From the NCBI GenBank assembly GCA_965204165.1, contig OZ241969.1:4088735-4152734 (forward strand): a DNA stretch of 64,000 nt, in the 5' to 3' direction. Numbering within the stretch: position 1 is the stretch's first letter; each line of letters starts with the position of its first letter. Made by a program: the position numbers and the translations under genes. The notes beneath the pieces are model-generated. The model saw nothing but the letters and a program-made list of their open reading frames with translations. It was not told where the DNA came from and searched no databases. Below are positions 55,710 to 64,000 of this stretch, one piece after another. The DNA is from Candidatus Poriferihabitaceae bacterium. GTDB lineage: Bacteria > Pseudomonadota > Gammaproteobacteria > Arenicellales > Poriferihabitantaceae.

Positions 55710-56551
55710 CGCCGGATTCTCATGGCCAGTGTCCGCGCAAGCCCGGCAACACCGCCAGGCGCATACCGTACGGTGGCGAAGACCAGCACACCGTAAAGCA
55801 GGAGTTTGTAGTCGTCGACGAACTGCAGGAACAGCGGCAGCACGGACAGTATTGCCGCCACAAGGGCCACGCCCCAAATCGAGCCGATGCCTCCGACGAT
55901 CACCATCACGAGCACCGTGATCGACTCCAGGAAACCGAAACTGTCCGGTCCGATGAAACGGATGTGATGGGCGTAGAGCCCTCCTGCAACCCCAGCCCCC
56001 GCGGTCCCGATGACGAAGGCCCACAGCTTGAACCGCGGCACGTCGATACCCAGGATTCGTGCGGTGTCTTCGTCATCGGCTACGGAATCGAACGCGAAAC
56101 CCATCCAGGAACGGCGGATATGCACGGTCAGGAGCACAAAGAGGACCGTGCACAACAAGGACAGGGCGAGGAGGCCGGGGCGGCCGAAGGCCACCGACGG
56201 AATGCCCGATATGCCGATTTCTCCACCAAGCATCTCCTGCTTGCGCACGAAGCCGACGAACAGGAAGGCCACCCCCATGGTGGTGATGGCGAGGAAGTCA
56301 TCACGCACACGCAGAGACGCCATGCCGACAACGAACCCCACCGCGCCCGCTGCCGCGGCGGCTGGCAGCAGGGCCAGCGCGAGGGGCATGCCCGCCTTGG
56401 TCAGCAGTGCCGCGGTATAGGCGCCTATTCCATAGAATGCCGCATGGCCGAGACTGACCTGTCCGCAGAAGCCGGTAATGACATTCAGCGAGAGCGCGAA
56501 CAGGATCGAGATCGCCATGGTGGTGAGGACGGTGATTTCGTAGGCCATCAA
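55706..56551 (-). CDS. HAAT-family ABC transporter permease (LivM-like)
   Basis: 281 aa polytopic (GQVSLGHAAFYGIGAY). Confidence 0.9.
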   Translation of the reverse strand: MMAYEITVLTTMAISILFALSLNVITGFCGQVSLGHAAFYGIGAYTAALLTKAGMPLALALLPAAAAAGAVGFVVGMASLRVRDDFLAITTMGVAFLFVGFVRKQEMLGGEIGISGIPSVAFGRPGLLALSLLCTVLFVLLTVHIRRSWMGFAFDSVADDEDTARILGIDVPRFKLWAFVIGTAGAGVAGGLYAHHIRFIGPDSFGFLESITVLVMVIVGGIGSIWGVALVAAILSVLPLFLQFVDDYKLLLYGVLVFATVRYAPGGVAGLARTLAMRIRR

Positions 56552-56552
56552 T

Positions 56553-57416
56553 TCATCCTCGCGAGAGCAGGCCCCGGGGCCTGACCATCAGCACCAGGAC
56601 CAGGAATGCGAAGGCGATGGCGTCGCGATCGAGCAGGTGCCCGATATAGATCGTCCCGAAGCTCTCGATCACGCCGAGCGCCAGGGAGGCCACCAGGGTC
56701 CCCCGCACCGATCCGAGCCCCCCAAGGACGATGATCGCCAGGGCCTTGTAGGCGGGCACTGCGCCCATTGTCGGTTCGACAAGGTTGTTGAGTAGTGCCA
56801 CCATCACACCCGCGAGAGCGGCCAGCGCGGAGCCGATGAAGAAATTAAGGTAGCGTACCTTCTCGATGTTGATGCCGAAGCTCGCCGCAATGTCCGGATC
56901 CGACACGGTGGCCCTCCACGCGACACCGGTACGGGTCGAACCCGACAGCCATGCAAGGATACCGATGATGACCACCGAGAGCCCCACCACCAACAGCCGC
57001 GCATGGGAAAGGAAGACGCCGGGGAAAACCTCCACCTGTGTCTGCAAGGGGGGCGTTACGAATGAGAGGCCGTATGGGCCGAAAACCAACCGGTAAATCT
57101 CCTCTGCGGCGATGAACAGCCCGATGGACGCAATGAGGGCAACAAGCGGCGATCTGCTCAGCAACGGCCGGTAACAGATGCGGTACACGCCGATGCCGAT
57201 CACCCCGACCGACACCATCGCAAGCAGGATGGCAAGGGGCAGGCTTCCTGTCCCGTTGGTCACAATAACACCGACGTACCCTCCCAGTGTAAACAGCGCG
57301 GCGTGTGCCACATGAAGGATACGCAGCAATCCGTATACCAGTGTGAGTCCGAGCGCGATCAGGGCGTAAATCGCGCCCTGTACCAAGCCCTGTAAGCCCA
57401 GATCAAGCAGAAGCAC
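56553..57416 (-). CDS. HAAT-family ABC transporter permease (LivH-like)
   Basis: 287 aa polytopic (GLQGLVQGAIYALIALGLTLVYG). Confidence 0.9.
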   Translation of the reverse strand: MLLLDLGLQGLVQGAIYALIALGLTLVYGLLRILHVAHAALFTLGGYVGVIVTNGTGSLPLAILLAMVSVGVIGIGVYRICYRPLLSRSPLVALIASIGLFIAAEEIYRLVFGPYGLSFVTPPLQTQVEVFPGVFLSHARLLVVGLSVVIIGILAWLSGSTRTGVAWRATVSDPDIAASFGINIEKVRYLNFFIGSALAALAGVMVALLNNLVEPTMGAVPAYKALAIIVLGGLGSVRGTLVASLALGVIESFGTIYIGHLLDRDAIAFAFLVLVLMVRPRGLLSRG

Positions 57417-57627
57417 CCATCTACCTCGTATTCGTCAGCCGGTTGCGTCCAGGTGCTCGGCGTTCCGCCACCCGGCCATCACGGCGGCAGGCGCCGTTCA
57501 CCCACGGACAGCACCGGGCTTAAGGCGGCCCCTTCGTCTCGACAACGACAGGGCACCTATCACATATTGAATACCAGCACTCGGTGGTGGACAGGATATG
57601 TTGCAACACCCATCCGTTGTCGTTCTG

Positions 57628-58773
57628 TTACTCCTCCGGTGGCGCCAGCAGAACCGGGTCGGAGATGACCGCGTAATGGCGCCACGCGCCATCCTTTACC
57701 ACCTGGACCTGGACATCCTTTTTCACCTCCCCGAGCGCATTGAACGAGATATGGCCGGTGGATGCGTCGACGCTGGTTTCGGCAATGGCGTTGCGCAGTG
57801 TCGCCCCGTCGCTTGCTCCGGCCTTCTTCAGTGCCTCGGCCATAACGAGAACCGCGGTATGGGCGGAAGCCGCCACCATGTCCGTAGGATAGCCCGCCTT
57901 CTCCTCGAAACCACTGATGAACGCCTGTGTGATCGGGTTCGCTGAATCGCGGTCAAGCGACGTGGTGATGATCACCCCTTCCGCATCCGGTCCGGCAATC
58001 TCGATGAACTTCTGGCTGTCGTAACCTTCCTGGCCGATTACCGGGGCGGTAATTCCCGCAGCCCGAATCTGCCGTACCAAAGGGCCGGCGGTGAAGAAGT
58101 AACCCGAAGCATAAATCGCATCCGGGTTGTCCGACTTGACCTTGGCGACGATGGGGCCGAACTCGCGATCCTTGATCGAATACTCGGATTCACCCGTGAT
58201 CTCAATGCCGAATTCGGCTGCCTTCTCCTTGAACCCGTTTGCAAGCGACTTACCGAAGTCGTTGTTGAGTGTGATCATCGCAACGCGCTTGAGCCCCATC
58301 AGATCCCCGATCAGCTTTGCCCCGGCACGTCCCTGCACTTCCCCCATGAAAGACGTGCGGAATACATAGTCGCCTGCTCTCGTGATATCCGGATGGACCG
58401 CGTAGGCCGAAATATAGGGGATGGCGTTCTCCTGGAAGATGGTCGCCGCAGCCCGGGTGGAACCGGAATAGCTCCCGGAGATCCCGGCCGTGACCCCGTC
58501 CTGCGTGGTCAGTTTCACCGCAAGCGGCGCCGCCTCCTTGGGACTTGCCTGGTCGTCGTAAACCACGAGCTCCATCGGCACGCCGTTGATGCCGCCTGCG
58601 GCATTGACCTGCTCCACCCCAAGTTGGGCGCCGATCAGGGCGGAATTGCCGTCCGCCGCCGCGAATCCGGTCAAGGGTGCGTTGAATCCGATCTTGACAG
58701 AGTCGGCTGAAGCCGCAAACGTTGCCGCAAGCAAAGTTGCAGCACAAAATACAAGCTTGGTGGAGACTTTCAT
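57628..58773 (-). CDS. HAAT-family periplasmic substrate-binding protein
   Basis: Signal peptide MKVSTKLVFCAATLLAATFAASA followed by a type I PBP fold (IGFNAPLTG...). Start at cat 58771-58773. Confidence 0.9.
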   Translation of the reverse strand: MKVSTKLVFCAATLLAATFAASADSVKIGFNAPLTGFAAADGNSALIGAQLGVEQVNAAGGINGVPMELVVYDDQASPKEAAPLAVKLTTQDGVTAGISGSYSGSTRAAATIFQENAIPYISAYAVHPDITRAGDYVFRTSFMGEVQGRAGAKLIGDLMGLKRVAMITLNNDFGKSLANGFKEKAAEFGIEITGESEYSIKDREFGPIVAKVKSDNPDAIYASGYFFTAGPLVRQIRAAGITAPVIGQEGYDSQKFIEIAGPDAEGVIITTSLDRDSANPITQAFISGFEEKAGYPTDMVAASAHTAVLVMAEALKKAGASDGATLRNAIAETSVDASTGHISFNALGEVKKDVQVQVVKDGAWRHYAVISDPVLLAPPEE

Positions 58774-58780
58774 CAGAGCC

Positions 58781-60302
58781 ACTTGCAAAATTCCGGCGAG
58801 AGAGAGGTATTGTGCAACGCACAATAAGAATGGCCGGATAGCGCCATCGCTGGCGATCAATTACGGATGGATTTTGCCGTCCGGGAGGGCGTGAAGTACC
58901 CCGACGAGGGGATTCCGGTGGTTTCGGGACGAGCCTTTCCATGCCATCTTTGCGGATGGCAGGGTATTCAGCAGGGAAATCGGTTCGGGGTTCGACTCAG
59001 GTCCCGAGCCGGAGAAGCTGGTCCACCGTGAGTGCGAGGATGCCCCACATCAGGTGGCAGTTCACCTTGGTGGGTCCCCGCACGCGGACATGGCGGCCGC
59101 CGAACTCGTCCTTGAGCCGTCCGTTGATCCGCTCGATGTTGGACCGTTCACGGTAACGCACCGTCTTGTGATCGATATGCCCGGCGGCGCGCTGGGCGCG
59201 GGCCTCCCGGCGGAGACTTTCCTTGAGTGCCCGGTCCCGGCGGGGATTGGTGTCGATGATCGGCACATGGCCCAGGGATTCGCTGTAGGCCCTGATTTCC
59301 GGGGCGTCGTAGGCGCTGTCCATGACTTCGTAGCACGCGGTCACCCGCCGGTCGCTTTGCGCGGCCAGCGGAATGGCGGCCTGGCTGTCATGGAGGAAGG
59401 CCGAGGTCAGGATGCAGCTGACCGGTATGCCGCCGTCCGCGCCGTCGATGTGGAGCTTGTATCCCTTCCAGGAGGTCAGGAACCCCTTGGCGTTGCGCTT
59501 GGTGCCGATGCCGCATTTCCGCGGCAGGTCCGCCATCATTTCCCCGAAGGACATCTGCAACTGCCGCTCCAGTCTGCGTTCGGGCTTCCCTTCGGACGAA
59601 TCCCCCTTGGGCGGACGCCCCGGCTTGCGCTTCGCGGTTTTTCCCTTCTTCCCATCCTTGCCATTGCCTTCATCCTTGTCCGAAGCCTTTTTCCGTTCCG
59701 GTTTCTCCCGGGCCTCGATCGCCGTCGAGTCCCGGGACAGGTGCCCGACGATCACATCGTCCCTGCCCAGGGTGCTCCGGATCAGCGCCTCGTGCATCCT
59801 CCCCGGCAGGTCGCCTTCAGCGAACAAGGCAAACGCCCTGGAGAACGTCGCCTCGCTCGGCACCTCGGAACACCGGCTCCACCCGCACATCCTGCGCAGC
59901 GCCGGGTCCGACAGGATCCGGTCCATCAGGTGCCGGGTGGTGGGCAGATCCCAGATGGCCTTGGCGATGAACGCCGTCGCCAGGGCCACCCGATCCGCCG
60001 TCGGACGTCCGGCGCTCACCGGGCAGGCCGGGAAGAAGGTTTCCACCTTCACCCAGTCAAGGACCGCGATCAGGCGCCGGTGCTTCTCCGACAGCCGGCC
60101 GGTCCGGTCCTCGATGGCCGGGAAAATTTCGTCTTGAAAAAGGTAGCGGAGGTTGGATATAGTCGTCGCAAGGGGCATCGGGTTGTTCGGCGGCGCAGTG
60201 TGTGTTTCAAGACTTCACTATACCACCGTCCGACCCCTTGGCCCTGCTTTGAAAATCGCCTGTTGGGGTGAAAAACTCGCTCAATCAGGCAATTTTGCAA
60301 GT
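58781..60302 (-). mobile_element. IS element (IS5/IS4-superfamily transposase), boundaries inferred from a 12-bp terminal inverted repeat
   Basis: ACTTGCAAAATT at 58781-58792 and its exact reverse complement AATTTTGCAAGT at 60291-60302 bracket the transposase ORF. No clear target duplication was seen. Confidence 0.55.
58997..60178 (-). CDS. DDE transposase (DDE_Tnp_1, IS5/IS4 superfamily)
   Basis: 393 aa (HLSRDSTAIE, GYKLHI, VMDSAYDA, YRERSNIERINGRLKDEFG). Confidence 0.85.
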   Translation of the reverse strand: MPLATTISNLRYLFQDEIFPAIEDRTGRLSEKHRRLIAVLDWVKVETFFPACPVSAGRPTADRVALATAFIAKAIWDLPTTRHLMDRILSDPALRRMCGWSRCSEVPSEATFSRAFALFAEGDLPGRMHEALIRSTLGRDDVIVGHLSRDSTAIEAREKPERKKASDKDEGNGKDGKKGKTAKRKPGRPPKGDSSEGKPERRLERQLQMSFGEMMADLPRKCGIGTKRNAKGFLTSWKGYKLHIDGADGGIPVSCILTSAFLHDSQAAIPLAAQSDRRVTACYEVMDSAYDAPEIRAYSESLGHVPIIDTNPRRDRALKESLRREARAQRAAGHIDHKTVRYRERSNIERINGRLKDEFGGRHVRVRGPTKVNCHLMWGILALTVDQLLRLGT

Positions 60303-60438
60303 CCTTCATCATTGCTTTCCTCTCATTTACTGACATAGTGAATTATATTCACGTAATTGATATTTGGTAATCTGAATAATTTGGCATTCGGCAAGCGTTG
60401 AAGAACCCCGCATCGACCGGACAAGCAGAAGCTACCCA

Positions 60439-62058
60439 CAGCAATTCCCGCTAATTCTATCACGGATTGGATTCGGCGGATTTCATGGTTTGAGCCCCTG
60501 TTCCCCGACTACGCGGGGAGGGAACCCCCTCCGGGCGGTGTGCCGGATTGTCTGCTGGCCACATGATTCCCCGAAGAACCGGCCCGTTGCATATTCGGAC
60601 ACGGCCGCCGGGTCAGGAAGTGTCGAAGGGCACCAACTCCGTCTTCCGGTGCCCGAACGCGATCGCCCGGTACAGGGTCTCCCAGTCCGGAATGTAGAAC
60701 TCCGTGAACAGCCCGCGCAACCGCACCCACAGGTATTTCGAACCGCCCGCCTTCTCCCGGGCCGCCCGGAACAGCGCACAGCACCGCTGCTGCACCTGGT
60801 CGATGAGGAACGCCAGCATCGTCAGGTGGGCGAACACCGTCGCCAGATGCCGCTTGCCGTGACCAAAGTTGTGCTCGAAGCCGTAGCCTTGGTTCTTCAG
60901 GGTGTTGAACGTCTCGTTCTCGATGCGCCAACGGGCGCGTCCGGCCCGCATCAGGTCATGCGCGTTCGATTCCGTGACCTCCATGTCCGTGACCCAGGAG
61001 AAGTGCAGTTCCCGGCCATCGGGGCGGGTCTCCCGGCACGCCAGGAAGTTCACTGCCAGATCGGGGTTCGCCTGGTTCAGCGGTACGCCGTTCAGAAACC
61101 GGAACCGGAAACGGCTGCCGCCCCCTTCCGACCTCTCCACGGTACGGGTCGCCGCCGAGGCCTCGACACGGCGGAACAGTTCCCCATGGTCCCCCGGCTT
61201 CACGCCCAGGACATACCGCATGTCCAGTTCCCCCAGCAGCCGGATGTGCGGCCCGTTCGACGCCAGCGCATCCTCCACCACCAGCAGCTTCAGGTGCGGA
61301 TGCTCGCGACGGACGTCACGCAGCAGACGCTTCGCCGCGTTGCGCTCGCAGTCGTTCTTCCGCGAACCGTCCGAACGCATGATCGGTTCCGGCGCCAGCG
61401 GGAACACCTCCCGGTGCTCCGGGTGGACCAGTACCGCCCCCAGCATCTGGTGGTACCAGGTGGTGCTGCCGTCACGGTGATGTTTCTCGCAGCAATGGTC
61501 GCAATGCACACTCTTCGACGAGAAGTACCCCGTCCCGTCCACCGACAGCAGATGATGGCCCAGCCAGGTGAAACCCTCCAGACCCTTGCCACGCTGAAGG
61601 GCCGCGAACACACCCTTGAAGGCACCCCGCAGCGCACGCGGGTCCACCAGGTCCAGGCGCTCGCGCATCGCCGTGTCCGACGGCGCGCGGCCAACCCCGT
61701 ACAGTTCCCTGAGGTTCGACCGGATCCGGCCCTCGTCCCGTGCGTCCTGCTCGAAACTCAGCAGCGACGGGTACTTCAGCGCGAATACCGCCAGACCCGA
61801 CATCAGGCAGTCCGTCAGTGCCAGGCCCCGGCTCACGATGGGATCCTCAATGCGATCAAAATGCCCACGCACCACCCGAAGCAGACCCGGAACGCTCAGG
61901 GTCTTGCGAAACACGGCTTTCGACATGACAGATCATCCGATATCGTGAAATCAGACGGATCATACCGCCTTTTCAGGAAAAGTCTGCGAACCGCCTTCCC
62001 CCAGCACCGCCTCAAACCCACGTCTTTATTGGACTACAGATGATGGCGGGAATTGCTG
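60439..62058 (-). mobile_element. second IS4-like element, 1620 bp, with 9-bp target site duplication
   Basis: IRs CAGCAATTCCCGCT (60439-60452) and GGCGGGAATTGCTG (62045-62058). Direct AGCTACCCA at 60430-60438 and 62059-62067. Confidence 0.85.
60613..61926 (-). CDS. DDE transposase (IS4-like), diverged paralog of 32002-33312
   Basis: 437 aa, collinear with the other copy (HCDHCCEKHHRDG, LVVEDALASNGPHI, RARWRIENETFNTLK). Roughly 60 percent identical by eye. Confidence 0.9.
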   Translation of the reverse strand: MSKAVFRKTLSVPGLLRVVRGHFDRIEDPIVSRGLALTDCLMSGLAVFALKYPSLLSFEQDARDEGRIRSNLRELYGVGRAPSDTAMRERLDLVDPRALRGAFKGVFAALQRGKGLEGFTWLGHHLLSVDGTGYFSSKSVHCDHCCEKHHRDGSTTWYHQMLGAVLVHPEHREVFPLAPEPIMRSDGSRKNDCERNAAKRLLRDVRREHPHLKLLVVEDALASNGPHIRLLGELDMRYVLGVKPGDHGELFRRVEASAATRTVERSEGGGSRFRFRFLNGVPLNQANPDLAVNFLACRETRPDGRELHFSWVTDMEVTESNAHDLMRAGRARWRIENETFNTLKNQGYGFEHNFGHGKRHLATVFAHLTMLAFLIDQVQQRCCALFRAAREKAGGSKYLWVRLRGLFTEFYIPDWETLYRAIAFGHRKTELVPFDTS

Positions 62059-62125
62059 AGCTACCCAAGAATCTACTTGGCCTGTTTTGCCGATTCTGCA
62101 AAATTTTATTTGCGACTGAATATGG

Positions 62126-62154
62126 TTGCATTTTCTTGAAATGGTACCTATACT
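62126..62154 (+). promoter_or_regulatory. candidate sigma70 promoter of hicAB
   Basis: TTGCAT (62126-62131), 17-nt spacer, TATACT (62149-62154). GAGGG RBS before ATG 62190. Confidence 0.5.
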
Positions 62155-62189
62155 GCTTCTGAGAAGCATAATGTGAGTGCGAGGGCGGT

Positions 62190-62444
62190 ATGAGTCGGCG
62201 CAACAAACTGGTTGCCCGGCTAAGGGGTAAACCGAAGAACTTTACCTGGGACGAACTGGTCAGGCTGCTGGAAGGGTTGGGTTACAGCGAGGCAGCGGCC
62301 GGCAAGACGGGTGGGTCCCGACGGCGCTTTCTTCATGCCACTGCGCCCACCATTGCATTGCATAAACCACACCCCGGCAACATCGTCAAGATGTATGTCA
62401 TCAGAGACGTGTTGCGGGTGCTGATTGAGGAGGATCTGATATGA
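62190..62444 (+). CDS. hicA: type II toxin HicA
   Basis: 84 aa (FTWDELVRLLEGLGY...GGSRRRF...IALHKPHPGN). Confidence 0.85.
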   Translation: MSRRNKLVARLRGKPKNFTWDELVRLLEGLGYSEAAAGKTGGSRRRFLHATAPTIALHKPHPGNIVKMYVIRDVLRVLIEEDLI

Positions 62445-62791
62445 CCACGATGCTGGAATACAGGGGTTATCTCGGCTCGATCGAGTATAGTGATGATGAC
62501 GAGGTGCTGCATGGACGACTTGAGTTCATCCGGGACCTAGTGATCTATGAGGGCGATGACGCCAAAAGCCTCAAGGCAGCGTTTCAGGAGGCTGTGGACG
62601 ATTATCTTGGGCTTTGCGAGGCCGAAGGCCGCACACCCGATGTGCCGCTGAAGGGCAGTTTCAACGTGCGCCCCGGCCGCGACCTGCATCGCCGCGCAAT
62701 GCTCTGTGCCAAGCGCCGGGGGATCAACCTCAACACCGTCGTCAGCGATGCGCTGCGACGCTATCTCGAACACGATGAGCATACGGTTTAA
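62441..62791 (+). CDS. hicB: type II antitoxin HicB
   Basis: YRGYLGSIEYSDDDEVLHGRLEFIRDLVIYEGD plus a C-terminal RHH-like tail. Overlaps hicA by 4 nt. Confidence 0.85.
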   Translation: MTTMLEYRGYLGSIEYSDDDEVLHGRLEFIRDLVIYEGDDAKSLKAAFQEAVDDYLGLCEAEGRTPDVPLKGSFNVRPGRDLHRRAMLCAKRRGINLNTVVSDALRRYLEHDEHTV

Positions 62792-62824
62792 CTCCGGCCA
62801 GCGGATTCAGCCGGAGCTTTCTTA
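62792..62824 (+). terminator. rho-independent terminator after hicB
   Basis: CTCCGGC-11 nt loop-GCCGGAG followed by CTTTCTTA. Confidence 0.55.
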
Positions 62825-62942
62825 CGAGATTGCTGACGTGGGCACGGGCGTCAGCCTGACGATGATCACGATATTCCTCCTGATTTGCCTTTTGCCGGTG
62901 GACACATCTTCACCACCGGTTACAAACTGAAAACCTGAGCCC

Positions 62943-64000
62943 GTGTCCACACAACGCATCCGTTTTCTCTTTCTCAACATCGGGCACTTCCTGGATCACC
63001 TGTTCGTGCTGATCTTCGCCACTGCCGCGGCCCTGACGCTGGTGACGGAATGGAACATGTCCTACGGGGAACTGATTCCCTATGCCACACCCGGGTTCGT
63101 CGCTTTCGGTGTATGCGCCATCCCGGCCGGTTGGCTCGCGGACAAATGGAGTCGCGAGGGCATGATCGTGGTGTTCTTTGTCGGCATCGGCGCCACTTCC
63201 ATCCTGGCGGGATTTGCCGATTCACCACTCGAGTTGGCGGTATATCTCACCCTTGTCGGAGCGATGGCGGCCATCTATCACCCCGTCGGGCTCGCCCTCG
63301 TGGTTCAGGGCAGGGAACGCACCGGGGTTCCCCTGGCCATCAACGGCATCTTCGGCAACATGGGGGTTGCGTCCGCGGCACTGATCACGGGATTCCTGAT
63401 TGACACCGCGGGCTGGCGCCAGGCTTTCATCTTTCCGGGGGTATTGTCGATCCTGGTGGGGCTTGGTTTTCTCGGCTTCCTTCGACAGCACCGGCATGTC
63501 GTGGAGTCAACCGGCACGGCGTCTGGTCAAACGGCAGCCGCGCCGGGCCATTCCCGGAACGTTCTGGTCAAGGCCTTCGCCATCGTACTGGTGACCACGG
63601 GAATCGGCGGGGTGGTGTTCCAGAGCACCACGTTCGCATTGCCCAAGGTATTCGAAGAACGGTTGGGCGATTTGGCCCAGAGCGCCACCGCGATCGGCGG
63701 ATACGCCTTTCTGGTGTTTACTGTGGCGGCATTCGCCCAGTTGATCGTGGGCTGGCTGGTAGACCGCTTCCCGATACGGCGGATATTCGCCCTCCTGGCC
63801 CTGGTCCAGGCAGTGTTTCTGCTGGCCATGACCCAGCTGTCGGGCATTGCCGCGCTCCTGATTTCGCTGGCGTTCATGCTGGCGGTATTCGGGCAGATCC
63901 CCATCAACGACGTGCTGGTGGGGCGGCTCTCGAAAAGCGAGTGGCGCGCCAGGGCCTATGCGCTGCGCTATATCGTGACGTTCTCGGTGATGGCATCCAC
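62943..64000 (+). CDS. MFS transporter (3' end outside window)
   Basis: GTG 62943. VSTQRIRFLFLNIGHFLDHLFVLIF...AIPAGWLADKWSREG... is open to the window edge. It is missing from the ORF track because it has no stop. Confidence 0.8.
   Translation, partial: MSTQRIRFLFLNIGHFLDHLFVLIFATAAALTLVTEWNMSYGELIPYATPGFVAFGVCAIPAGWLADKWSREGMIVVFFVGIGATSILAGFADSPLELAVYLTLVGAMAAIYHPVGLALVVQGRERTGVPLAINGIFGNMGVASAALITGFLIDTAGWRQAFIFPGVLSILVGLGFLGFLRQHRHVVESTGTASGQTAAAPGHSRNVLVKAFAIVLVTTGIGGVVFQSTTFALPKVFEERLGDLAQSATAIGGYAFLVFTVAAFAQLIVGWLVDRFPIRRIFALLALVQAVFLLAMTQLSGIAALLISLAFMLAVFGQIPINDVLVGRLSKSEWRARAYALRYIVTFSVMAS

Noticed and set aside
1-64000. Search by eye for CRISPR arrays, rRNA and tRNA genes.
   Set aside because: No regularly spaced direct repeats, no rRNA-like conserved blocks and no cloverleaf-like segments were noticed in the intergenic regions. 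A tRNAscan/cmscan run would be needed for certainty.

Overview
GC-rich, gammaproteobacterial-type chromosomal window. Many long antisense shadow ORFs were ignored. No rRNA, tRNA or CRISPR array was recognised by eye.

Core blocks:
- A corrinoid-dependent methyl-transfer module (AraC/GlxA-type regulator, RACo-like activase, methyl-THF:corrinoid methyltransferase, DUF1638, B12-binding protein), followed by yhhQ.
- tatCBA and hisEIFAHB.
- smg-topA, then a DegT aminotransferase, an Sfp-type PPTase and ilvA.
- pcm-like/tolC and trkH-trkA-rsmB-fmt-def.
- A dienelactone hydrolase, a 5-gene HAAT (Liv-like) ABC importer, and an MFS gene running off the 3' edge.

Accessory material:
- About 20.4-42.1 kb holds a fragmented RiPP island of the NHLP/proteusin kind.
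  - It contains an 83-aa NHLP precursor whose predicted core is only LCCCW.
  - It has a short HlyD-like adaptor and two NHLP-type ABC exporters, one with a C39 peptidase domain.
  - A 433-aa protein carries a paralogous NHLP leader fused to a squalene-hopene-cyclase-like toroid domain.
  - Other members are an unknown 372-aa protein, a tryptophan-halogenase-family flavoenzyme, an AlkB-like di-iron hydroxylase fused to a degenerate GlnE-like domain, a Cys/Gly-rich sORF and a PatD-like fused E1/YcaO heterocyclase.
  - The island is interrupted by an IS with 9-bp target duplications, a VapBC module and a LolA-like gene.
- About 51.1-54.0 kb holds a DUF4338-ISAs1 transposase broken at an A-AAA-AAG heptamer, plus higBA.
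- About 58.8-62.8 kb holds two further IS elements and hicAB.

The RiPP island is the most interesting candidate system in the window.
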